A stretch of DNA of 64,000 nt from Lingula anatina (lineage: Eukaryota > Animalia > Brachiopoda): positions 18,786,001 through 18,850,000 of the forward strand of contig CM120642.1 in assembly GCA_051362555.1 (NCBI GenBank), written 5' to 3'. Position 1 is the first letter of the stretch. Each line of letters opens with the position of its first letter. The notes beneath the pieces were generated by a model. That model was given only the letters and a program-made list of their open reading frames with translations. It ran no database searches and was not told the origin of the DNA. The position numbers were made by a program, and so were the translations under genes. Below, piece by piece: positions 22,809 through 37,128 of this stretch.

Positions 22809-23942
22809 CTTTAAAAATAAAAATAAATAAATAAATAATTCAACCAATTAATCAATAGGTATACTATCTTTTTCCTAGATTAATATTCGCTTAGTGAAAT
22901 GAAACTTGTAGTGAAAAGCACATATAAAATAAAAACATCTTTCATGTTTTTCCTTTGTTAATATTCGCTTAGTGAAATGAAACTTGTAGTTAAACACAGA
23001 CTTTGAAAAGAACATGTAAAATACATAAGTGCAATAATGTTCATGTTATTTTGCCATTAACGAGTTCCAATGTGACTGGATAAATTCACTTCCCTGCGTT
23101 TACTTTTTAAACACAAATCAAGTACATTTACTAAGCTATTTACGGTCGGCTGGTGCAGTGGTGCGTTTTGCCAAGCCAGCTTAACCTACTTACATTCTAT
23201 TGATTGATCATTTATTTACCTGGATGCTTAGCTTGAATTTAATTAATTATTCATTTAGATGTGGGTTCTTTTGCTTGTGTGACTCTTTACGTTTGTACAG
23301 TATATGCATCCAGCTAATTGGTGATTCTCTCTCTCGTCCATTTCTATTATTTTACATAACGATTATTTTCGTTTAATTGTAATTGCTGCCTTACAGTCTT
23401 CTAAATCCGATATCCTGGCATCTATTTGGGATCATATTTGATAATTTGGATTCCTCGTAGCAATCAGATGAAGAAGAGCAGTTTTCGGAAATAAGTTTAT
23501 ATGAAAATTCCGTCTCGATCAGATATGAGAATTCTATACAGTGTAGCAAACGTACCGCTTTTTAATGTTTAACTCTTAGCTGCCGTAATCCAAGGAGGAA
23601 GGTATCTACTTCCTTCCTTAATCTCATCAAACATAAATCTAAATTTCAGCAGTGGGATCAGACGCTATTCTAGAGGACCTTAGGGTCTTAGCCCGAAAAT
23701 AGATACATGTGGTGTTTAGTGTGCTGTGGTTATGAAGACGAACAGTTTCATGCAAGAGCTAAATACCCTGCTGTCTTAAATGGGTCGGAAGACGAAAAAA
23801 AAAGAAGTTAAACGTCATTCTTTAATGATTTTTTCTTAAATTTATCAGGCCATGGCGGAGAGTAGACTAGTTTCACTCTAGTGGAGACGTTTCTTATTAT
23901 GGTGCTAGAGTCTAGACTACCCAGAGTACCGAGTATTCCATA

Positions 23943-24454
23943 GGGCTGTTCCACAAGAGGACTTTAGCCTGAAAATTAGTCGTCTACACTTTTAGACAAA
24001 ATATTTGGCGAACCCCACGTAGCAGTCCACTTTCATAAAGTATACTTGTGGTCTGGAACATAAACCACACCTTTCGCGTTGCAAAACATGAGCTATACTT
24101 TATTTAATCCCACACCTACCTCCCAACTCCCTTGTAATGTACTAATTCACTTAAATCACTGTTTCAGTATTTATCATTATAAAACATTTTTTCTTTTCTC
24201 CATCATCAGAAGATATATATTAGTTTATTGGTTATACTTTTATGTTCTTTAAGATGACCATACAATACTTAAAAGAGGTTTGCCATCTCTATACGTACAT
24301 AATATTATTTAATTTTCATGAACCTATATGTTTAAAAAACTCACTCCCACTGATTTATCTTAAGTCAAAGCAGACTTAAACTTTCTTCTTAGAGTTTAGA
24401 CGTCTTAGAGTTTAGACTAGTTTTCGGGCTATAGGTCTTTTGTGAAACAGCACC
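23943..24454. mobile_element. Non-autonomous TIR element (PIF/Harbinger-like ends)
   Basis: gggctgttccacaagaggactttagcctgaaaattagtc pairs imperfectly with gactagttttcgggctataggtcttttgtgaaacagcacc. Confidence 0.65.
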
Positions 24455-25874
24455 GAAACAGGCCCCAGAACTAAAGCCAGATGATATCTCTTCTCTCCTG
24501 TCGAAGCTTGTCTTGAACTATTAGCCAGGATTGGCGTCAGCCCGCAGCATTGGGGAATAGAAAACCTCTATAAGTGTAACTCATGCCGATACCAATGCCT
24601 AATTTCGACCTCTGGGACTAGATCCGTCACCTAGGTGGCTCCGTGGGAATGTCTGTTAATATCACAACAATTAGAAAAGCTGTGAACTAAAATATAGTAT
24701 GTTTTGGTATAATGAATATCATGGGTGCAGTTTGGGTTGGTCTTGGGTATAATATTGCTGTACGTTAGACACAGGTATTTTTTATTTAGTTCTCGTCTAG
24801 TTTGAAATCGATTCGTAGCTTATTCTTGCAAATGTTGAATCTTGGATGAGGTACTTGCCATATGTTTCCGTGCATTCAACCCCGAGTACCAAAGTATTGG
24901 CACATCACGTTGTGTGATAATGAAAGTGTGGCGATGCACAAGAGGTACATAATCAGCTCTCTGCTCCACAGGGTGACGGCAAATGTTTCTAATCTTTGCT
25001 GGCTCAGTTTTCTAGATAGGAGGAATGTTGTACTATTCTGAATCAAAAAGGAAAAGTCACTAACCATTCTCCAAACGCACTGCATGGTTAGACCGTTTTC
25101 AAAAAGGGGTACTTTCGAAACCAAGGGGGTGCGTAGCCTTCGAACCCCCCCCCCCCCTCGGGCCAAAAGGGAGACGCATGTAATCAGAACCATCAGACCC
25201 CAAGCACCCCTGGGACCTCTTGTTACTGAATGTGTTGATCAGTAAGAAAATTCACAATCGATTCTCTCAATCTCCCGTTTCGGCTGAGCGCTAAGGTTAG
25301 GTTATACCTTTAGGCCTACATATGCGGGCTGTTGTTCCAAGGAGTGCTAGATTTTTCCAAGCTAATCATTCTATTTTTAAAAGGCAAAGCAAGCGAGAGC
25401 TCGGTTGGCATTAGGCATATTTATATTTAGAGCAGTGACCCAAAGACATGATAGCGTTTGACTTAGAAAGGGATGTATACCATTTAGACTCTCTCACGGC
25501 CCATCTTCGGTTGATCTTACCTTTGCGACTTCACTGTATTTTAAAAATATTTCCTACACACCGATATACTCGTTTTTTTTTCTATAAATCTCCCGCCTGC
25601 CAGCATACGTTTGTATAATCTATCATATTAAGCTTAAGATGATTGGGTAGTGACATATATTGGCTTGTTATAACCCACTAATCCTGCAAATGCTGAAGTA
25701 TTGCCACAGTGTCAATAAAGCAAGTAGATGCATGACTGAGGTTTTTACATGTACTTTTATTGCGTATAAGAAAAGTACATATGTGTGTTTATATGTAAGT
25801 GGAGTTTAAACATAGATCGTCTTTTACAATAGTCCTGTTATCTCCAGTGTAGAATGGGGTCTAGAATATTTAAT

Positions 25875-25994
25875 CTGTACTGGAGCTAAAAAAGAAAGAA
25901 CGTCTAAAATGTTTACTTATAAATTAAAGCCATTGTAAAATCTCTCTCTCTCTCTCTCTCTCATACACACGCTATTTCTCTCTTTCTTTTGTGC

Positions 25995-26029
<35 letters not shown>

Positions 26030-27256
26030 CACAATCACCCACACCCACACACTAGCACACATACACACCACACACACACACGCACACACACCACACACAC
26101 TCACACACAAGCACACACACACACACTGACACACGCACTAACCTGAGGTTGTAGAAACAACACGGGATTGTCGTGTTCGAGCGTAAAGTGCGGACAGGCA
26201 AACTCAGCCGAACAGCAGTTATTTCGGCGCGGTACATCCAGCTCATGCACTACCACTGCCATGTTGTCAAGGAAAATGCCTCCCGCAATATAAAATATAC
26301 TTCACCAAAATGATCGACCTCATCAGATGTTTTCTGCCAGCTTACACTGTTCACGTGACTTGGAGCGCCTTCTGTTTGGATACTTATTCACCATGGGTGA
26401 AGGCCTACATTGCGATGTTCTTGATAGCCTCTGAAGAGTGGTGGCATTAACAACAGTTTCTGCAGTCAGCGTGAAAATATGGACCAACTTCACTTTCCGC
26501 TCTATATATTCCCTTATCGTCACCGCTTCACTTTTAAATTACCAATAAAGACCTTGGTATTAGCAAATGTAAAATATAGCTAGCTTTGACAACAGCCCGC
26601 ACGATAAATATCTTAATTTTATATCTCCGCGCACGTCATCGTCAGCTTGCATGATGCAGACCCAGCCGGCGCTTATATTACTGTTCACGGGGGCTCGGGT
26701 TTGAATCGATTCGCAGCTTGAATTCAAAGAAGCGAAAAGTCCTCCATCGATCTCAATACGGTAAATTTCACAGCGGGGCTCAAACGTTTCCTGAACACCG
26801 AGTGGTCACTTCCTAGAAAATTATTCCTTAGTCCATGGCCAAGCAGCCGGTAACAGTTTCACTGCATTTTTTACATGCGTCACAGCATGCAGGTACATAG
26901 GTCGTAGATTAAATTTTCTTCTTCTTACTTTTTGCAAATGAACACTTTTTGTTGTTGGCTTTGTTGGGGATGGACCTTGTGCATGTTACTTTCGCTCTCT
27001 TTTAAATACTGAATGAACCTATATTTTTGAAACTAAACAGATCTTCATGATTGATAAACATTTTGACCTAGCCGTGCAATGTTAAAAAATATTTAAACTG
27101 CATAAGATGTGAAAAGTAGATAGGTGTTTGAGATCACCAACGCAGCCCAGAAGTCACAGTGGACTTGGAGCCAATCTATTGTAAAAGAAGAGGAAAAATT
27201 TTTCTGTACTGAGCTAAAAAATAACGACTGAAATGTTTACTTATAAAGCCATTGTG

Positions 27257-27304
<48 letters not shown>

Positions 27305-27330
27305 CACACGCTATTGCTCTCTTTCTTTGA
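25875..27330 (+). repeat. Dispersed direct duplication (about 25875-25990 and 27205-27330) containing (TC)n
   Basis: Both copies read ctgtact..gagctaaaaaa...aaatgtttacttataaa..gccattgt.aaat(ct)n catacacacgctatt.ctctctttcttt. Confidence 0.85.
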
Positions 27331-27687
27331 ATGAGTGAAATTAAAAACGAAGTTGACATTGAACATTAAAGAAAAAAAGTTACTCTTTGACCACAGAATG
27401 CCCTAGTAGTCTGTTGAACAGAATATTGTATGCTGATACTTTGATTTTGGATACTATTTTAGGAGTCCCTGGTGTCAGAGGGTAGGGAGTAATCTTAAGA
27501 TGATCCATATCCGTTTGGTAAAGAATCTGGCGTCAGTAAATCTCTATCTTCAGCTTTTTAATGTGTAAATGATCCACTGCTCTTCGGCATCTTCTTCTAT
27601 CACTGTCTGCGTGTGCGTGCGTATAAGTGCGTGTGTTTGTGCGTTGCACAGATCCGCCTCTCCTGCGTTCAATAAACCCCCTCCCCA

Positions 27688-27736
<49 letters not shown>

Positions 27737-28504
27737 TCAAAATTCGAAAGGCACTTCCTACTTTTAACCAGTTATATATTTTCATACACACAAATATATT
27801 TTCAATCTTGTTTTGAGACCAAAGTCACTGACAATCCCTGTCGCATTATTTGCGATCAGATAATGCGTTATGATAGTAAAGATAGAAAAAAAGAAAATAA
27901 CCCAGAGTAGAAGTAATGTGTTGTATTGAGGCTGACAGCTAATGGCGTCGATATATTTACAAGCCGTCACATGTCATCATCCAATGTTTCTTTACAGTAA
28001 ATTAGTTAATAGATTACGGAGCCTGCAAAGACCATCAGCCGCAAGAGCCATTACAGCAGCCAATATATCAAGCAGACATATCGTGTTTTCTTTTTTGATT
28101 TCTTTTTTCAATCTTGTCGAGTTTATTGTAATACACATACGGTATATATGAGTTTTAGGTTTGATGTTTGATACCGCCATTTACGCATTATATGATGTAA
28201 TGTAATATCCGTTGTTAACAAATGTCTCTGGATTACAATATGTAATAAACTTAACAGTATGCGTGACTGTCGTTTATCACAAGGAGAGAAAACACCTAAA
28301 AACAATGAGATATCTAAAAAAAAATAACATAGAGGCTAGTAGAATTATTCGAAATGGTCACATATGTCTTCCCAATGTATGACTATGGCACGTGGATCAA
28401 AGGCACGTGCTTGGCCTATAAGAACCACAAAAGTAACAAGTAGGCCTAGTTTAGTGTACTTTAGTGTACTGTAGTGTGACATTGCATAGCATTGCAAAAT
28501 AATA

Positions 28505-28720
28505 CATGGCATGGCATGGCATGGCATGGCATGGCATAGCAAAGCAAATCATGGCATGGCATGGCATGGTGTGGCGTGGTGTGGAGAGGCATGGCGTTAG
28601 TCCACTGTTCTGAATGGCGTGGCATGGCAAAACAGCATGGTATGGCATAGGATAGCATGGCATGACATGGCATGACATGACATGGTGTGGCATGGCTTGG
28701 CGTGGCGTGGCGTGGCATAG
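28505..28720. repeat. (CATGG)n-type pentanucleotide microsatellite
   Basis: Runs of catgg, cgtgg and catga; these account for the MPCHA-type ORFs in the track. Confidence 0.9.
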
Positions 28721-30696
28721 TATAGGCTATTACACGTTAGATCATTTAAAAAACATACCACTTCACGCACTCGTTGTTTATCTATCCATTCAAACAAATT
28801 ATATTAAGAGAAAAAAACCGATAAATTATAATGACGTGCTTAGCCGTTATAAAGTCGTTGTGATGAGTATCGCCAGTTTGATGTACCGTGCCCAGGTTCA
28901 CAGATTCTTGTTGCTGGTGGTGTTCAATAGATGTGAGGTCAGAGGGTCGTCTAGAAAAATAAAACAGTATTTAATACTATATAATAATAAAATATTGGAG
29001 ATGAATTACCACATTCACACTGCATGTGGATTTATCCTTGTCAGAAGCTTTTGAAGACTGGCTGTTTATTCTCTTCAGCAGGGTTATACTGTGAGCTGTA
29101 ATAAAATATGAATACTACTAAATAGAAACCGCCAGAAACGCATAAGAATCAGACATGAAAATTGTTCTGCCACAAAGGCCAAAAGAAACGGTGATACCAA
29201 CAAAATTAAAGGGCATGGTTGTTATTCTGTATCTCAAAGGTCTCTCCGAATCACTTGTCAGGATTGTCAGAAAGTAAAACATCAGCACTGCAATGAAGCC
29301 ACATCAAACTCTCAGAAAAAAATTCTTCTATACTTCAAAGATATAAGAAAAAAATTGAGCACTGCAGTGGCGTAGTTTGCAAAATCCCTAGTGATTCTTG
29401 CTCTACAAGTATGTTGAAGAAGCATGTAGGAAAATGTTGTCACTTATAACAGCAAGTATCTCCAGCAGGCACGAAAGCTGAACGACAAACCTATCAACCA
29501 GCATGGAATAAATCGGCATTAACCGATCACGCGGCACAGATAGGTATAATCATATCATCAATTGAATAGGTAGGGAAGGGGTGACAGAGCAGTGAAAATG
29601 ACAATTACAAGCAAAAGTTGTAATCCATCAAAATAAGAAATGTGAACAGCAAAACCATCAACCGTGATGAGGGGTGGGGGGGGGGTGCACAAGCTTAGTC
29701 CATTATACAGCGCTATGTAGTTGACCTCAAATCCATCTATCGGTCTTTAGCTATTATTTTCTCTGATAATGTTCCACACCCATATGAAACTACTTTCGAA
29801 AGAATCCGTCGCGTGTTGGATTTTCAATTATACGGCGACAGTCGATATGTTTTTCAGTGCCAATCACAAAGTTGTCGTTTGCCTGTCACTGCGACACCTG
29901 TCGTAATTAAGACTCCATTTCTACCCATTCTCTTCCACTGGCTCCCAAGCGCTATTTGGAATGTGCAATAACTTGTCAAAAAGATTGATTTGTAAATACC
30001 GATTTTAGGAAGCCATATGACAACAACTGAAATGAGTTGTTGGTGGCAATTAGCTCCTGGTTTGCACCAAGAACGCTTTATGGTTTTCAGGTAGGTACTG
30101 CAAAACTGAAAATTGAATCGGGTTTTGAGAACTCATATCGGCAGATCCGGTATCTGTTTATCATAAGGGGTGAATATTCATTCTACATCCAGAAAATCTA
30201 TTTTCATATACATAAATATTCTTTATTATACTTATTGTATACATGTACATGTATATATACTACTCTTCGTAGATTAGTGAGCAAGCAAACGCTCAATAAA
30301 CATTATTATTACTATAAAATATGCCCTAGATTGAAACATATTTTAAAAATGGTTTTCCAGTTTCACCAAATACTATATTATCTTTGACCAGCCAGTGAAG
30401 TCGTTTTATATAAAGCCCACAGTATTTGTCTTTCATAGAAAGCCTTCATTAGCTGCAAACAGCTTCATTGTACTCTATGTGGGAAATACTCTCCAAACAT
30501 GTGTTGTAACCATGTAATGGAATTTTTACCAATCGACAAAACATTTTATTGATCTGTTTGTTGGACTGGATCCCTGCATCAATCACTTTTACAGAGCTTA
30601 TAATTAATTACTCCGTACCTCGACACCACTAATTGGCAAGAAAGTTGTAAAAATATGCTGTAGTTCACAAAAAAGGTTAGCTGTGTTAGATTGAGT

Positions 30697-30929
30697 TCCC
30701 ATACCTAGATCGATCTCACAGGATCGATCCATCTCCAAGGGGTTTCTCGCTAAATTGCTTTCAGCTTAGATGTCTGGCACGCCTACTGAAGCTGCTAAAC
30801 GATAATTAATTCCCCCCTAGCAGCTTCAGTAGGCGTGACAGACATCTTAGCCGCTTAAGGTGATTGCAATTTGGTGAGAATTCCCTTGGAGATAGATTGA
30901 TCCACAGTTAGTACAATAGGGTCTGGGAA
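30697..30929. mobile_element. Palindromic MITE
   Basis: Near-complete fold-back. The inner arms cacgcctactgaagctgcta / tagcagcttcagtaggcgtg form a perfect 20-bp inverted repeat. Confidence 0.8.
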
Positions 30930-31799
30930 TGGTCCCTTACCTCTACAAGAACCAGCCTTCAAGATCACTGCTCTTATAAATCAGATTTGCCTTAAAATGG
31001 ACAATGCGAATTGGCAAATGCACCGGTGAAGCGACAGTGTAATGGAACCTTAGTGATAGCCTAACTGGAATCGATTCCTATACCAGTTGGTCAAACGAGT
31101 GGTTCAAATCGGAGTATAAATTCTGATTACAGGAGGGTTAACGGTTAACCGCGAGATAAAAGTCTTAAAGGGTAGTATAGCCTATCCGTCTACTTGTTAA
31201 GCTTCGACAATCGATTGCAATATACGCAGCTAGTTAAATGTTCACTGGAATGAAAAATGTTTCGGCGTGGGTGCTTCGGATGCTAGTATGGTACTTTTGG
31301 AAATTGACCAACACATTGGTATTTTTGAAACCCATTTTAAAATCAGTCTCTTTTACACATATAATATAATTTGGTATAAAATATTTGATTTCGTGGACAG
31401 TGTGACACGAATTTTGTAAAATGACCAGAAATTTTACATCACAGACATATGGAATACAAGTTCTACAATTTCAGCACAGTTAATTTGTTATATACTTTAA
31501 CACTGGCTCGGTACATTGAGTTACTCAGTTCTAAAAGAGTGTTTTGTCTCTCCTTTTTTTATTTTTGATAAATCGATTCCAAAGTTAAACTCAATTTAAG
31601 ATAACCTTTGCTTCAGTTTATTTTTACCAAACGAACCCAAATTTGGAATGGGCGCTTTGCATCATACAAAGGATAGATAATATGACTGGTTTCGAAGTCC
31701 TCAGTTTTACGTCGAAATGATTCTTTTAAATCTTAATAATAGTGTTTTTTGTTGAAGGGATAGTTCTTAAAAAAGTCCTGTGTTCGTAAAATAAGAATT

Positions 31800-31997
31800 G
31801 ACCCTCCCCCCACCATTGGCGTGGGGTTCGGAAAATTTTTGGTATTTTAGAGGGCAAATGGTGCCATTTGGTACGGTTTAGAACTATGATTCTGCTAGTC
31901 AAAATTCTAATTGCAAGAGGGGGCCATTGGTGTATTTTTTTTCCAGAAATTGAATGGGGGTCAGAACCCCTCCTGACATCCCCTAAATCCGCCACTG
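31800..31997 (+). mobile_element. Truncated copy of the CAGGGGCGGAT...ATCCGCCACTG MITE
   Basis: Shares tttggtacggtttagaacta.gatt...caaaattctaat..caagagggg and the end ccctaaatccgccactg with 35384-35643. Confidence 0.75.
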
Positions 31998-33080
31998 CTG
32001 CGGATGGCATTTGGGGGATTTTCAAACCCATGGAGTGTACCTTTAAGGTTGAAATTTTTGGTGTTACTTTAATTTTAAAACAATAACTCATAATTTGTTA
32101 TCATTAATAAAAAAGATCTATTTAATGCCATTTGAGTTTATTCTAAAAAGTTTGATTTTATAGATATTCGGTCTCTTGTTAATAATGTTTTAACGCATGC
32201 AAAAAAATGAAGGTAACGTATACCCAGGTTACACAGAACGTTTTGATAACAGGGTCATATATTTGTTAGACCATCAACAAGCGTTAAGAAAACGTTATTG
32301 TAACGTTCTACAATGTCGCTGTCATTAAGATTGATCCGAGAAACGTTGCTAGCATGTTCTATTGACGTATTTTGAAGAAATTTACAAATTATACATTTTT
32401 GTTGATTTCAGCCAAAACACATGAACAAAGGATTTCATATTTTACATCACTACAATTTGCACAACTTTTATCATCACATCAAGTATTAAAACGTTCTAAC
32501 AATGTTATAAAATAAAAAGATGTGTCGGTAATATTTACCAATATGGCATGCAGTAGTCGCGCCATACGCTGTCGGTATAACGTTGGGCATCAAACTTGCG
32601 CCATAGGCTGTCTTAACTACACATAGTGGCTGATTACAAATTGGGGTTGCGGTTAGTCGGCGACTCGAGCGATGAGGATTTTATAATCCTCGGGCAGTCG
32701 GTACCTATCCGAAATAACCAACATAATGAAAAACTTTTTTTTTAAATTTAAAATAAACTTCAAATATGTAATAAAGTGAATCAAAATTATTAAAAATGTG
32801 TTTTAAAGTAATCCTGATAGTTGATTGGAGTTTGTGATGAATTAACGGATTGTTTTATCTTCATTTTAGAATATTAATTCTAATAAATTGCTTGCAAAGT
32901 CAGCTAACACAGGAGTAGTCAAAAAGTCTATCCATGACGAGTTGTCTAAAGCAAGGTTGAATAGTACGCCACGTCTCATAGACGAGTTGGGGAGTCCATT
33001 CTATCCGAGGGATGTCAGGTGGGGAAACTTCATTCCAAATAAAGGGGTGTTACGGGGTGATTCCATTCCATTTGAGGGGT

Positions 33081-33398
33081 GGCAGGTGGGGCGAGTCCAT
33101 TGCATTACAAGGGGAGACAGGTGGGGCGAGTCCATTGCATTAGAAGGGGTGACAGGTGGGGCGAGTCCATTGCATTAGAAGGGGTGACAGGTGGGGCGAG
33201 TCCATTGCATTAGAAGGGGTGACAGGTGGGACGAGTCCATTGCATTAGAAGGGGTGACAGGTGGGGCGAGCCCATTGCGTTAGAAGGGGTGACAGGTGGG
33301 GCGAGTCCATTGCATGAGGGGGGTGACAGGTGGAGCGAGCCCATTGCATTAGAAGGGGTGACAGGTGGGACGAGTCCATTGCATTAGAAGGGGTGACA
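33081..33398 (+). repeat. 35-bp G-rich minisatellite, about 9 copies
   Basis: Unit gacaggtggggcgagtccattgcattagaaggggt, with degenerate copies back to about 32980. Confidence 0.95.
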
Positions 33399-34904
33399 AG
33401 TTGGTCTAGTCTTAATTATCCCAATTTGGTTCAGAAAACAGGACCTAAAGAAATCGTTCTGTTATACCTCAGAAATCAAATTTTTTGGCCAATTTCAGCC
33501 GAATCCATTTAAAAGAACTAACTGAATTTAAGCTTATATGAGAATCGCCCATCTTTTCATTATTACGTTCAAATATCCAATTAAGTATTTATACTAAGAA
33601 TGGGTGGCCAAATTAAAAGAATCCACGATAGCAGATCCAGAACCCGTCGAAATGGGACCCTCCTTATATAAGAGAATATAGGAAAAATTATATCCAAACG
33701 AATTAGTTCCATATGCTATAGATCAAAAAAAAATGTGAATTAAAAAAAACAGGATTGTAAATTTATATAAATTTGAACTAAAAATGTAGGTTGTTGGAAG
33801 TCATTCTAGATATTTTATTTCAGTGCCCTAAAACAGCTTGGGGGGATTTATTTAAAAAGAAAATGGTCATTTTACAAATATTTAAAATTTAGATACCACA
33901 TAAAACATACCACATAAGACATTATTTACAGATCAATAAAACTAAAAAACTCATTTTACATTATGATTACTATTATCCTTATCATAATAATTTCATAACA
34001 AAGTGAAAAGTAAAACGCCATGTTACAAAATTTTATTGAGTTTTCATTTAATAGATGTACGAAGGAGCGTGGGTTCCTGTGTGTGAAACAAAGGCAAGAC
34101 TCCATAGGTTGCTTTGAGGCGGATGCTGTTCAGAATCTCGTTGAGCTCCTGAAAAGATAAAATAATGTTTACAACTTTGAACTAAACAGACAGGCTCTTT
34201 ACAATCTAACAATGCATGTAATATCATAGCGCAGAGGGCACATATAAATGGAATGGCGTGCACGTTTATTAACTAGTCTGATGTTCAGATTCAGCTAGCG
34301 CAAAACCAAAATTATGATCTGGAATTAGTTAATGATATAACTATTTGAGGCCTCTTGTTAAAAAAGTAACTTTGATAGCATAATCCGTTTCATTCGCAGG
34401 GTGGGTGAAGTTATTGCTACGACCGTTAATATATTCCTCTTGATATTAAAAGTATAGTGAACCGTGCAATGGATGGACAACACACGGAAATATAGTAAAA
34501 GGATTCATGTCATAAATATTTGTCGTAAATATTTTTTTCGTTCTTCTGTGCCTTTAGTATTCAATGATCAAGAAATAGTGATACTCACAAACATACATTT
34601 GCTTCCACGCCTTATAAAAGCTCGACGTTCTGACTGCATCACACATATAGGCCTACTGTTGCGTCTACACTCGACTCTTTCCAACTGTCAAGTGAGCATT
34701 CGGGAAGACAGCTCGCACTACCATGAACAACTTGTTGTTATGCAAATAACAACAGGTATAGCTCATTTTAGGTGAGAGGTTGTTAGTTAAACTATTCACA
34801 AATATTCAATAAACCCGGTGGTGATACCTTCATATGCTCAAAGTAGTGCAAATATTCGATGTCACATACGATACTCTACAAGACCAAAAGTTTCACATGT
34901 AGCC

Positions 34905-35075
34905 CAGATGTAACAGGAATGGGAGTCCTCTAGGAACCGTAGTCTGATTCCCATTACTTTGTGCAGGTGACATTCGTCCTTATACTAACCCCAATACTCC
35001 AATTAACCCTAACCTGTACTAATCATAAGGGAGCCTGGACTTCCATTCCTACGACTTCCATTCCTGTTACACCTG
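34905..35075 (+). mobile_element. Short TIR element with internal AACCCTAACC motif, copy 1
   Basis: cagatgtaacaggaatgg...ccattcctgttacacctg; homologous to 38613-38757. Confidence 0.75.
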
Positions 35076-35383
35076 TTTCAACTATGTAAAAATTATTCTA
35101 GAAAATCAGCATTGGATGTCTATCTTTACACACACACACACACACACACACACAATCGATAAGGTGTAATGCCATGCCAGGGGCGGACAACTTGTACTAG
35201 ATTTTCGACGGGTCTTTCATGTGGTCAGGCGGTCAGGCACTTGATAAAACGTCAAGGTTCGTGAATGAGTACATGTAACAAGGACCGAATACAGTTTGTT
35301 GGGTTTTCGTATGACTACTGAAAAACACACTCGGTCTCTTTATTTATTTTGTCGACTGACTTATTTTCCAATCAGACTGTTAA

Positions 35384-35643
35384 CAGGGGCGGATCCAGGA
35401 TTATTTGAAGGGATGCGAAGCCGACCATCGCCCCCTTGGTTTGGGGTTTGGGGCCTGCTCAAGGGCCCCGAAATTTTCTTTTTTTTTTGAGAGCAAACAG
35501 TGCCCTTTGGTACGGTTTAGAACTACGATTTAGCTTCTCAAAATTCTAATATCAAGAGGGGAACATTGCTGTGATATATATATTTTTCAGAAACCGAAAG
35601 GGGTGTGTCAGGACCCCCCTGACCCCCCCTAAATCCGCCACTG
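35384..35643 (+). mobile_element. MITE with CAGGGGCGGAT / ATCCGCCACTG ends (hAT-like)
   Basis: Terminal inverted repeat; a second partial copy at 31.8-32.0 kb. No clean TSD. Confidence 0.75.
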
Positions 35644-37128
35644 CTGGAGAATAAAATATGTATTAAATCATTCCGATTCCGATCATCTGGGTGTGGAATG
35701 TCCACTTGACATGAATCACACTAATTAAGATAATAATAATAATAATTAAGATCAAAACACTAGCAATAACAATAATAAAAACTCGTCATACCAAAACTGA
35801 CATAGGTAAGGGATGAAAACATAGGGCGGCATTGAAAACAAGAGACCTAATATGTATCTTAACAAATTGACTTACCAGGGATATAATTAACGATTACTTT
35901 AAACGCAATACTTGCTCGCATGTCACCATCAATTACAATAAGAAAATCTGTTTCCGTTAGCATGGCTGAGACAATAAATAGATGTTGCTATTTTATTTTT
36001 CTGAAAATAACAAATAGGTATCGGTATTTTATATTCCTGCGCCTCTTACCCATTAAAAACATTCTTACTACAGTATTTATTTATTTGTTTGATTATATTA
36101 CTGTAATTGTTCTTTCCTTTTTGTATTTAAAAAACAACAATACGATTCCTGAATTGTAATAATAAATCTGTTACAAACACGTGAGATGTTTGTCTTAGTT
36201 AAAATACCTCTCCATATAAAACGCCTTCCTTTAAAACACTGAGCTGCCTCTAATTGCATCCATGGTTCTATATTCATTCGCAGGAGACAGTTAGTATACA
36301 CAAATTTATGTATCCCTAGATTTTTTACTTCTTGCAGATTGAGCTCTTACGGTAGCTGTCTCCTTCTTGGCCTCGTTCTCGTTCCTCAAGATAAAATAGT
36401 TTTTTCGTTACCCATCTTTCATAATTTAACACAATAACTTTGCCATGTTATTTGAGTTAATTTCTCATACAGCAATAGCTCAAGGGTCATTCACCGTAAT
36501 AATGTAATATTTGCATTAATCAATTTTTTAATGGTTTATACATGTATCATTATAATTTATTGTTGATTTCTTTTCACATTGAAAAATACAATAATGCCAT
36601 AAAAACAGCAAAAATAAAGAGGCAAGTAAAAGTTACGCAAAAAGTACACAAAATGTGTGCCCCACAGAAGTGACTCAGAGATAGACCTTTCTTGTGTATT
36701 CGTTGAGCATTAGAAAGGGAATAAAGCGACAGTCCACAATATGGTCGCTAGTTTACATATTTACAGTATTTCAAAATTAATATAAGTAACCAGCTGAAAC
36801 AATATTGCATGTACCGGGGCTCGACTTCTACGTAAACATGTATTCATTTACATGAGTATTGGAGTCATCATGGAGCCATTTTCAATAATCACGACTTCCA
36901 TGTTTCAGCTACTCTCTTTCTAGGCTATTATTCATTTGCCCGTAAATAAATATGGTTCCATGCCAAATGATTTATCATTTCATTTTTCGTTTCCATTTTG
37001 TACGCTAGTTGAATCTCTTGACATTGGGTTTATTATTTTTGTTAGCTTGTAGTCGTTTTTCCTTGCTTTGTGTGTGTCTCTCAGTTTTCTACAACAGTCA
37101 TCATTACCCGCCTCCTGAAGGTGCGATG

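Noticed and set aside
26688-26730. Recurrent short motifs (ggggctcgggtttg, cagcttgaattcaa, atcgattcg.agctt) as a tRNA or SINE
   Set aside because: No cloverleaf or A/B-box pair could be built; the matches are too short.
30940-31040. Minus-strand peptide LPIRIVHFKANLIY resembling rost IPIRILHAPGPMIY (a possible third paralogue remnant)
   Set aside because: No similarity on either side and a stop soon after; consistent with chance.
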